A DNA stretch of 24,507 bases, from positions 1 through 24,507 of IMG/VR virus record IMGVR_UViG_3300032246_000953; one strand, written 5' to 3'. Made by a program: the position numbers and the translations under genes. How positions within the stretch are numbered: the first letter of the stretch is position 1; every line of letters starts with the position of its first letter. The notes below the pieces were generated by a model, which saw only the letters and a program-made list of their open reading frames with translations, was not told the origin of the DNA and made no database searches. Below, piece by piece: positions 1 to 10,200 of the stretch. Source of the DNA: a virus. Lineage: Duplodnaviria; Caudoviricetes.

Positions 1-1
1 A

Positions 2-340
2 ATTGCTGCAAAGAATGTGGGATCCGCTTTTGAAAATTTAACTACAGGTAAGGGTTTATCTAGTTTATCTCAAGCAGGATTACCTGCAAGAGCAATAGCG
101 AAAGTTGACGCATTACTTAGTTCGTTTAGTTCAGGGGGTGCATCATCAGTTAAAATGGCAACAGTGGCTACTAATACTGATGGTACTCGCACATCATTAG
201 ACGCACAAACGAAAGCACAATTAGATAACCCAGTGATACCCCCTCCAAATTATGATAAATCGCCTACTGCACCAAAACCAGAAGAAATTATAAATAATTT
301 GGCTAAATTAGCACCTGGCTCAACAGACTCAATCGCCTAA
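2..340 (+). CDS. 3' end of a hypothetical, probably virion-associated protein (truncated by the window edge)
   Basis: The frame is open from position 2 (ATT GCT GCA AAG AAT GTG...), so the listed GTG at 17 is probably internal. The protein is Ala/Ser/Gly-rich with a Pro-rich tail (DNPVIPPPNY) and ends in TAA at 338-340. It lies directly upstream of the baseplate genes. Confidence 0.7.
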   Translation: MAAKNVGSAFENLTTGKGLSSLSQAGLPARAIAKVDALLSSFSSGGASSVKMATVATNTDGTRTSLDAQTKAQLDNPVIPPPNYDKSPTAPKPEEIINNLAKLAPGSTDSIA

Positions 341-357
341 TCACATAAACAACTTAG

Positions 358-365
358 CATAAATA
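358..365 (+). promoter_or_regulatory. T4-type late promoter-like box (CATAAATA)
   Basis: 7/8 match to the T4 gp55 late consensus TATAAATA, in a 30-nt intergenic gap. It ends 5 nt before ATG 371. The same ATAAATA core recurs before other genes in the window. Confidence 0.65.
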
Positions 366-370
366 TAATC

Positions 371-820
371 ATGTCTACATACATTGGATTTTCAACTATT
401 AATGCTAATCAACCCCGCTCAACTGATCTTAATGCGGGCGTAGATGGAGGTACGGGTGGGACAGTTAAATCAATTAATATTGGTAAAAAATATCGCTTAC
501 TAGACCAACCGCTAGTACTGCAAGACTTTGTTAACGCACTTAATATACCTCAAGGGCAAAAAGTAGGAAATCCCGCATATGGTACTACTCTTTGGTCATT
601 TATATTTGAACCTAACACCACTGACACAAAATTACAATTACAAACTGAAATTCAGCGAGTAGCCGCTCAAGATCCTAGACTAATCGTAAACTCCGTAAAC
701 AGTTATGTTCAGGAAAATGGTATATTGATTGAAATGGAGTTAGCTATAGCTCCATTTAATGATCCACAATTGCTAGCAGTGTTCTTTGATAACGCTACAA
801 ATACCGCAACATTACAATAA
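371..820 (+). CDS. Baseplate wedge subunit, T4 gp25 / P2 gpW / TssE-like
   Basis: 149 aa. The motifs LVLQDFVNALNIPQGQKVGNPAYGTTLWSFIFEP and EIQRVAAQDPRL fit the gp25 pattern (..T..GER...P.FG..L...LFEP ... EPR). It sits next to a gp6-like gene. Confidence 0.85.
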   Translation: MSTYIGFSTINANQPRSTDLNAGVDGGTGGTVKSINIGKKYRLLDQPLVLQDFVNALNIPQGQKVGNPAYGTTLWSFIFEPNTTDTKLQLQTEIQRVAAQDPRLIVNSVNSYVQENGILIEMELAIAPFNDPQLLAVFFDNATNTATLQ

Positions 821-839
821 AAGTAGTGCTTTTAGGTAT

Positions 840-847
840 GATAAATA
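840..847 (+). promoter_or_regulatory. T4-type late promoter-like box (GATAAATA)
   Basis: Intergenic, 7/8 match to TATAAATA. It is followed by a purine-rich AAAAGAGAA stretch (weak SD) and ATG 865. Confidence 0.65.
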
Positions 848-864
848 CATAAAAGAGAATACAC

Positions 865-3800
865 ATGGCAACCTCCTCACGACAATCATCATTATTTGGC
901 GTAAACGATTGGAAGGCAATATATCAGACCTTTCGTCAAGCTGACTTCAAAAGCTATGACTATGAGACTCTTAGAAAAAGTTTCATAGACTATCTACGCA
1001 CCTACTACCCTGAAACTTTCAATGACTATATTGAAAGTAGTGAATTCATTGCACTACTAGATGTTATGGCGTTCATGGGCCAAGGTCTTGCGTTTCGTAA
1101 CGATCTTAACGCCCGCGAAAACTTTATTGATACCGCAGAGCGTAGAGACAGCGTTATCAAATTAGCAAACTTAGTTAGCTATAACCCAAAAAGAAACATA
1201 GCAGGACAGGGCTATATAAAAGTCAATACTATACAAACTACAGAAAATCTTACTGATATGAATGGGTATAATTTAAGTAACTTACCCGTACTTTGGAATG
1301 ATCCAGTTAATGTTAACTGGTTAGAACAATTTAATACTATCATTAATGCAGCACTGATTAATGTGCAACGAGTTGGTCGTCCAGGAAATAGTCAGACTAT
1401 TCTAGGCATTAAAACAGACGAATATACACTTAGTATACCTCCAGGTAACTTGCCCGTTATACCATTTACATCACAAGTAGACGGTATTAATATGAATTTT
1501 GAACTTGTAAGTGTAACCAGTGTCGATGAAGATTATGTATATGAAATACCACCTGCCCCATCAGGAAGATTTAACATGGTATATCGTAATGATAAGTTGG
1601 GTTATGGTAGCCCCAATACAGGATTCTTCTTTTACTTTAAGCAGGGCACACTAACTAATTATGATTTTAATTTACCCCAACAGATATCAAATCAAGTAGT
1701 AGAGATTGGAAACATTCAAGGTATTAATAACACCGATACTTGGTTATATCAATTAAGTGCTAATAATGGCACTCAACTATTTTGGAAAGAAGTAGCTAGT
1801 GTATATGCAAATGCTCAACTACAAACAGAATCTAGTTATAAGAAAATATTTTCTGTTATTTCAAGATTTAACGACCAAGTTGCTTATGCATTTGGTGACG
1901 GTGTATTCTCAGAAATCCCAGTTGGTCCTTATCGTGCTTATGTTCGTGCGGGAAATGCGCTTACTTATACAATCGATCCAACAGAAATGCAGGGTATTTC
2001 GGTAACAATTAGTTATATTAGCAGAACAGGTAGAACAGAATCTCTGACGATTGGACTAGAACTACAACTTCCCGTAACCACAGCATTAGCTAGAGAATCA
2101 TTAGCTGAAATCAAGCTGCGAGCACCTGCTCGTTACTATACACAGAACCGTATGGTCAATGGTGAAGATTATAATAATTTTCCATATACTCTATACAGTT
2201 CAATTATAAAAAGTAAAGCAATAAATCGTAGTTCAGTAGGAGTTTCAAAAAACTTAGACTTATTAGACCCAACTGGCAAATACAGCAGCACAAATTCATT
2301 TGCAAATGATGGCGCGCTTTATCAAGATGGTTCAAACGGTGGTATCATAGCTACTGTTAATAATGTAAATGAAATTATTGCTGTTTTAACAGACAAAATT
2401 TTACTCGCACTATCAGATAACCGAGCTAAACAGTATTATCTTCAAAATTACCCAAGATATAATTTGAATCAGGCTTCGGGCGATGGTATAGTATATTGGA
2501 ATACTAGCACTGTAGATACCAATAGTATTACTGGTTATTTTTATAATCAGGTGTTTGGGACTGGTCAAGTGCCTATCCCTATAGGTACATTCTCAAGTTA
2601 TAATGCAAAGTATATTACTAAGGGCGCACTAATCAAAGTAACCGCTCCATTAGGTTACTATTTTGATCAAAATCATAGATTGATTTCTGGAATACCAACA
2701 ACATCCGATATAACATATTATTGGACTACTGTTCTTATTGTAGACGGTAATGGTTATAACTATGGTGAAGGTAACTTTGCAAATGGTACAGGCCCTGTAA
2801 CATTAAATGGATTTGTACCAGGAGGCGCTGTCATTACAGTTGTAATACCAGTATTTACCAACGTATTACCAGATGTTGTTATCGCAGAAGCGATAACTAA
2901 AATGGAATTGAATCAAAGTTTCTCGCTACTTTTTAATAACTCACTAACAATTAATCAAATTCGATGGAGTATAGACACTTATAATACACCTGGATGGTTC
3001 GTGAATTTCTTGAGTCAAGGAGCCGGCAGATATCAAATCTCATATCGCTCAATTAGATATTACTTTGGTAGCGTAGCGGATACTAGATTTACATTTGAAA
3101 ATGGACAAGTAATTTATGATCCTTTTACTGGTAAAGTGTTAGCAGACTATGTAAAAGTACTAGAAACAAATACTCAGCCTAGTTCTAATTATCCTCTAAC
3201 AACTCCTGTCCCAGTAACCGTAATTGGACAAACAGTAGAAAGCGATGGATATGTAAATGATTTTGAAGTTCAAGTAGCAAGTATTGATGTTAATGATAGA
3301 ACAGTAGTTACTGATCCTGATTTCTTTACCACGGTAACAGGGTATGTTACAGGATCTAGTAATATTGGAATCTACACTTTCTTTGAATTGATACAGGACC
3401 CAGTAAATTTATCTAGATATCAATTAATACCCACAGATGATGTAGCTTATCAGTATCCAACACAATCAGCGATTGAAGTAGTTAAATATGACTACCCATT
3501 GGGACAACTGTTTTATGCTTACGGTGAGACTGATTCGAATGGGCTATATAATGTATTCTATGTTACCGTACAAGATCCTACAGTAACAACCCCATATTAT
3601 ATATTAATAGCGCAGCCTCAATATTTAATGAGACCTGGTCGTCAAGGGTTACAATTTCAATATCGTCATAATAGTAATAATACTACTAGAATTGACCCTG
3701 CTACTACCAACATTATTGATTTGTATTTGGTAACACAAGCATATTATACTAGTTATACAAATTGGTTACAAGATACTACAGGTACTGTACCTGAGCCATC

Positions 3801-4272
3801 AAGACCAACTATCAATGAACTACAGCAAGCATATGGTCAGCTAGACGATTATAAAATGTTGACTGATAGTCTTATATTAAATAGTGTATACTTTCAGCCA
3901 CTATTTGGAACAAAGGCTGAGGCTCAATTGCAAGGAACAGTTAAAGTTATTAAGGCTCTAAACACCAGTGCAAGCGATAGTGAAATTCGTAGTGCGATAT
4001 TATCTGCTATGAATGACTATTTCTCAATTAATAATTGGAATTTTGGGGACACATTTTATTTCTCTGAACTAAGTGGGTACTTACATACTACCTGCGGTGA
4101 ACTAGTTAGCTCAGTAGTATTGGTGCCAAATGATCCTACAATGTCGTTTGGAGACTTATATGAGATAAAATCAGCTCCATATGAAATTTTCGTTAATGGT
4201 GCAAATGCTAACGATGTAATCGTTATTGCTGCATTGACCCCGGCTCAGCTACAGATAAGTACTAATAGATAA
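865..4272 (+). CDS. Baseplate wedge subunit, T4 gp6 / baseplate J-like, extended form
   Basis: The motifs DYETLRKSFIDYLR...FNDYIESSEFIALLDVMAF...ENFIDTAERRDSVIKLANLVSYNP, FGDGVF..IP and ESLAEIKLRAPARYYTQNRMVNGEDY match gp6-family motifs. The C-terminal NFGDTFYFSEL...V.SV also fits. Confidence 0.85.
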   Translation: MATSSRQSSLFGVNDWKAIYQTFRQADFKSYDYETLRKSFIDYLRTYYPETFNDYIESSEFIALLDVMAFMGQGLAFRNDLNARENFIDTAERRDSVIKLANLVSYNPKRNIAGQGYIKVNTIQTTENLTDMNGYNLSNLPVLWNDPVNVNWLEQFNTIINAALINVQRVGRPGNSQTILGIKTDEYTLSIPPGNLPVIPFTSQVDGINMNFELVSVTSVDEDYVYEIPPAPSGRFNMVYRNDKLGYGSPNTGFFFYFKQGTLTNYDFNLPQQISNQVVEIGNIQGINNTDTWLYQLSANNGTQLFWKEVASVYANAQLQTESSYKKIFSVISRFNDQVAYAFGDGVFSEIPVGPYRAYVRAGNALTYTIDPTEMQGISVTISYISRTGRTESLTIGLELQLPVTTALARESLAEIKLRAPARYYTQNRMVNGEDYNNFPYTLYSSIIKSKAINRSSVGVSKNLDLLDPTGKYSSTNSFANDGALYQDGSNGGIIATVNNVNEIIAVLTDKILLALSDNRAKQYYLQNYPRYNLNQASGDGIVYWNTSTVDTNSITGYFYNQVFGTGQVPIPIGTFSSYNAKYITKGALIKVTAPLGYYFDQNHRLISGIPTTSDITYYWTTVLIVDGNGYNYGEGNFANGTGPVTLNGFVPGGAVITVVIPVFTNVLPDVVIAEAITKMELNQSFSLLFNNSLTINQIRWSIDTYNTPGWFVNFLSQGAGRYQISYRSIRYYFGSVADTRFTFENGQVIYDPFTGKVLADYVKVLETNTQPSSNYPLTTPVPVTVIGQTVESDGYVNDFEVQVASIDVNDRTVVTDPDFFTTVTGYVTGSSNIGIYTFFELIQDPVNLSRYQLIPTDDVAYQYPTQSAIEVVKYDYPLGQLFYAYGETDSNGLYNVFYVTVQDPTVTTPYYILIAQPQYLMRPGRQGLQFQYRHNSNNTTRIDPATTNIIDLYLVTQAYYTSYTNWLQDTTGTVPEPSRPTINELQQAYGQLDDYKMLTDSLILNSVYFQPLFGTKAEAQLQGTVKVIKALNTSASDSEIRSAILSAMNDYFSINNWNFGDTFYFSELSGYLHTTCGELVSSVVLVPNDPTMSFGDLYEIKSAPYEIFVNGANANDVIVIAALTPAQLQISTNR

Positions 4273-4291
4273 TATTTTTTAGAGAGTTAAG

Positions 4292-7200
4292 ATGGCAACT
4301 AGAATCCGCACACTGAATTTTTTACCAGACATATTTAGAACTCCTACCAATTCACAATTTTTGGGAGCTACACTAGATCAAATAGTTGATCAGCCCAATA
4401 CGATGAAGATAGAGGGGTATGTTGGTAGTAAATTTGGGTATGGAATTAATGCTAAAGATTATTATGTTGTCGAACCTACTAAGACAAGAACAGACTATCA
4501 GTTAGAGCCTGGCGTAGTTTTTACTAAAAAAGATACTTCAACCGCACAAGACTTTATTAGCTATCCAGGTATAGTAGATGCACTAAAGCTAGCAGGTGGT
4601 GTTACCAATAATAATGATAGATTGTTTAATAGTCAATTTTATTCATGGGACTCATTTACTAATCTAGATCCACTTATTAACTATACACAATACTATTGGA
4701 TAAGCGACACCTCATTTCCAGCAGTTACTGTTTCAACTAATACAGTATATAATAGCGGTGCATATGTAGTTACTAGTTTGCCAAATGGTTATGAAATAAC
4801 TAGTGACACCAATCCAGTTGGATCTATTAACCCAAGTATTACTTTACTGCGTGGCGGCACCTACACTTTTCAAGTTAGCCAAGCTACTCAATTTTGGATT
4901 CAAGGTCAACCGGGAGTTACCGGTTATGACCCCGCTCAACCCAATATGCAAACACGAGATGTATTTGGTGTAACAAATAATGGGGCTAATGTTGGATTAG
5001 TAACTTTTGAAGTACCTTATAAAGACGCGCAAGATCAGTATATCTTCCCGGGAAATAATTTAGTTGATGTTGTATCCGATGTGCCATATGATCAGATTAA
5101 TGGTAAGTTGTTAAGTGAAATTGGTAACATCGATGGATTAACTTCACTTGAAGGTAAAACGGTTATGTTTTATGGTGACGTAAGTGCAAGTACTTACTTT
5201 TATCAAATTACATATACACTAGGTCCTACTCCAACAGATCCTATTATTATTTTGATACCCACTAGTGGTATTCCCGTTAATGAAAAGATAACTGCAACAT
5301 CTGGTACTACATATATAGGAAGAAACTTTTATCGAAGCCCCGCAGGGCTTATCACTATTATACCTTATCTAAGTTCCCTACTAGATACGCTATATTATCA
5401 AGACGGAACTAATCCCCTGCAGGTAGGTGTGATCAAGCTTATCGAAAGCAACTACACTGATATATTGGACATTGATACTATTATAGGTAAAAAAACATAC
5501 ACCTCACCCAATGGTGTAGTATTTACTAATGGATTAAAAGTAAGTTTTAGCGGAAATATAACTCCTGCTAATTATAGTAATAATGAATACTATGTTCAGG
5601 GTGTTGGGACTGCAATTAGTTTAATTCCTGTTACAGCTTTAGCTGTACCTGAATCATTTACTAAACAAAGTGCATCATATATACCATATGATACAACTCC
5701 ATATGATACAAAGAACTATGACGCTCAACTTTATGTACCAATCGATCAAGACTACATCACTATATCAAGAGATAGTATAGATAAAAATCCATGGTCAAGA
5801 AGTAATCGTTGGTTTCATACAGATGTTATTAACGCAACCGCTCAATACAATAATGATCCTACTATCATCGATAGATATGCTACACAAGCTAACAAAGCTA
5901 AACGACCGATCATAGAATTTTATCCTAACTTAGGACTATTCAATAGCGGTATCGTGGGAAAAGCTCCCGTAGATTTTATTGATATTAGAACTACAGACGC
6001 ATTTAATCAAGTAGCCGGTCAAATAATTTATTATCCAGATGTAGCAGTGTTCACCGCAGAAACCGCTATTATTGCCGCAGCGACCTCAGCAACTTCTACT
6101 ACGATACAAATTAATTCTAGTAGTATATTACCAGGATCAGGCTCATTTGCAGTAGGTCAGTATATTACTGATTCTACCAATGTATTACCATATAACACAA
6201 CAATCTCTGCAATTTCTGGTACTACTGGAGTATTGACTATTACCGTAGAATGGCCCAATCCTGATACTATTGTCCCAACTGGGTCAGCTTCCCTTGTAGC
6301 TAACCCCAGCCCTAATGATAACTACGCTATCTTTGATGGCGCTAGAATTGTTTTTACAAACGACACTAATATTAATGTTAGAAATAAAATATATGTGGCT
6401 AGATTTTCAATCATAATTCCTAATGTACAAACGGTTATTACGCTTACTGAAGCAGACGATGGCTTAGTTTTACCCAATGAACAAACGGTTGCTTTTAAAG
6501 GATACTATAATCAAGGAAAAGGTTGGTACTTTGACGGATTAAATTGGTACGAAGCGCAACAAAAAATAACTGTAAATCAGCCCCCACTGTTTGATATTTT
6601 TGACGGAGATAATATAAGCTTAGGCAATCCCGAAGTATATGCCGGTACTTCTTTTAAGGGAAATAAATTATTTGCATATGCAATTGGTTCAGGAACCAAT
6701 GATTCAATCTTAGGATTCCCACTTAAGTATGTTACAATCGGTGGCTTAGTGGGAGACATAAGTTTTGATGTGTCACTAAACTCTGATACTTTTAATTATG
6801 TCAGGGGTTCTAATTCAATTACACAAAAAGTTAATACAGGTTATGTATATAACTACAGTGATATTGATACATATGCAAGACAATTGGGTTGGCAAACCGC
6901 AGTTGCGCCTAGCAGACAATATCAACTATTTTCAGCAGACTATGACAAAACACTTCTAACCCAACAATCTACTGTTGATCCTCTTTACCCTGATACTACC
7001 ACGACTAGAAATGTTTTTGTAGTCGAGTGTGATATCGCCGCCGATCTTACAAGTATTTGGCCTTATCTACAAGTTTCTAGAAATAATGACATATTGGCAC
7101 CCACTCAATACACTAGTATAGTTTCGGATACTACCACTACTGTAATTATTGATGTCGATGAGCCATTAGTTGAAACAGTATATCAGATAGCTATTCTAAG

Positions 7201-10200
7201 CAATCAGGTAAGTTCTACCGCGTTTTACCAAATACCTATTAATTTAAATAATAATCCGCTAAACGAAGAAATAACTACTCTTAATGTAGGTGATATCAGA
7301 GGACAATACCAAAGTATTTTTTACAATAACCCTGATACAACGGGTGAAGTATTTGGGTCTAACAATTATAGAGACTTGGGTAACTTAGTGCCATGGGGCA
7401 ATAAAATAATTCAAAACAGTGCATCTTTAGTATTGCCTGGTACTTTCTTAAGAAAGCCTGATCATAATTTAATCTTATCGCTACAATATAATAGTCAACA
7501 ATATATTACCTTTAAGAGTTTACTAATAGATACGGTCAATAATACTGCATACGAAACTTATACTACCCCTGCTAATGCACTAGATGATGCATTAGATCAA
7601 ATGACTGCTTCAAAGTTAGAAAGCGGGCCATTCTTTTGGAGTGACATGATACCTTCAAAAGCTGCATACATAACAAATGTATACAGATTTGCCAACGCAT
7701 TAGATGTAAGCATTTATCCATTAAGTCAAGTATATAATTTTGAAACTGCTAATTATAGCGGTGTTCTTGTTTACTTAACTAGAAATGGTATAATTAAACA
7801 ATTGTTAACAGGGGTTGATTACACTGTTAGCACAACTTCTCCAACTCTAACTATTGAAACAGATTTATTACCTAACGATTTGATTACTATCAAGCAGTAT
7901 AATCAAACATATGGTAGCTATGTACCAAATACTCCTACTAAGTTAGGTTTATATCCTGCGTTTATTCCTGGTGTTGTTACCTACCCTGAGCCTCCTAAAT
8001 CAGAGAACCTGCAAAACCGTACTACATATTTTATTAAAGGACATGATGGTTCATATAATAAATTATACGGTGAATATATTGACGGAGTACTAACTGATCT
8101 TAGAGATCAAGTGCTACTTGAATTTGAACTTAGAGTTTATAATAACTTAAAATTAAGCAACACTATTCCTATCAGGGATTATGATGTTTTGCCTGGCTTC
8201 TTTAGAGAATCACAATACTCCTTCTCAGAAGTATTAAGCATATATGAACAATACTTTTTAAATTGGGTTGGTCAAAATAGAATCGAATATAAACCTCAGG
8301 TTTATGTTAATGGTGACCAATTTACTTATAACTATAATCAATCTGGTAATAAGATCAATCGAGACCAAATCCCAGTTGGTAACTGGCGTGGTGTATATCA
8401 ATACTTTTACGATACAGCTAGTCCAGACACTGCACCATGGGAAATGTTGGGCTTTGCTAATCAACCTACTTGGTGGACTGCCAGATATGGTCCAGCACCA
8501 TACACTAGTGATAACTTAATACTATGGGGCGATCTTGCAGCGGGTATTAATTGGAATAATGGTGATCCAGTTGTTATCCCCCAAGCTGTTAGACCACAAT
8601 TATTGAGAGTACTACCAGTAGATTCTGCAGGCAACTTAGTATCACCTTTTGTTGCAGTAGTAGGCAACTATGATCAACGCACATTCAATAATGATTGGCG
8701 CGCAGGTGATGTTGGTCCTACAGAATTCTCATATCGTAAAAGCAGCAGTTGGCCCTTTGATTTAATGAAAATATTAGCACTAACTAAGCCTGCTAATTTC
8801 TTTAATCTAGGGGTAGACGTTGACAATTACAAATACAGCAAAGAATTCAATCAGTATCTAGTAAACGAAAGAAGCCACTTAGTAATTTCTGATGTAGAAA
8901 TTTATGGTACAGGTACACCAAAAACTAGTTACATTAACTGGATTGTAGACTATGAAAAACAAGTGGGTATTGATGCCACTACTAACATCACTACACTACT
9001 TGATAATTTAGATGTAAGATTGGTGTATAGATTGGCTGGATTCAGTGATAAAACTCTGCTAAGATTCTTTGTTGAAAAGGGTACACCTAATAGTAGAAAC
9101 GCATCATTAATGATACCTGATGAGAGCTATGCGGTACTACTTTACGATAATCAACCCTTCGAACAAATTGTATATAGCAGTGTCGTTATACAAAAAACAT
9201 TAAATGGTTGGAAAGTATTTGGTAATTCACAGTCTCGTGCGTATTTTACAATTAACCCTCCAAAGATAGATGGTAGATATGATACCATATCTGTTGAAAA
9301 TTTATCAGTACAAGCCGCCAACAACTATCAACTTGATCGTGAAGTTATAATTCCATATGGTACAGAATTTTATAATGCACAAGATGTAAGTCAATTTTTA
9401 GCTAGTTATGGTGCATATCTATCTGGTCAAGGCGTACTATTTGACCAAATTGAATCTGGACTTCAAGTTAGCTGGAGTCAAATGATAGCTGAATTCTTGT
9501 ATTGGGCTCAGGCTGGTTGGCAAGTAGGCAGTATCGTTAATATAAACCCTGCGGCTAATCTTATCTCAATCAATCAAGAAAGCGCAATCGTACAACCTCT
9601 AACTCTACAGCGACAAAACTTTGTTCTGAATCAAAATCTATATCCAATTCAATCAATCGATTTATCGGTAGTTAGAGATGGCACACTGTTCACTGCTCAA
9701 ACACTTAATCAGGGTGATACTGTAGCATATGGTCAGTTTAATATGAGTGCCATTGAGCATGGTATCGTATTTGATAATGTAACACTGTTCAATGATATCA
9801 TTTACAATCTTATTACTGGCTTAAGACAGAATCGTATATTTTTACGAGGCACTAAGAGTGCTGAATGGAACGGTACATTGGATGCACAGGGATTCATACT
9901 CAACCAAGATAACATCAAAGAATGGAGTAAAGAAACTAAGTATACCACAGGTGAAATCGTCAAGTTTAAAAATAAGTATTGGGTAGCCCTAGTCAAGTTG
10001 CAAGCATCAGAAACTTTCCAAGAACAATTTTGGAAACGTACAGACTACAATGAAATACAAAAAGGTCTGCTACCTAACTCAAGTACTAGGTCTTATGAAA
10101 GCACACTGTATTATGATACAAACTATGCTAATTTAGAACAAGACGCAGACTTGCTAAGTTTCTCTTTAATTGGTTACAGACCAAGAGACTACTTAGCAGT

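Noticed and set aside
371-4272. Bacterial contractile injection system (T6SS, eCIS or tailocin) as the source
   Set aside because: T4-type late boxes, a T4 gp6-style wedge, a giant structural gene and the absence of Tss/Afp accessory genes favour a large phage genome.
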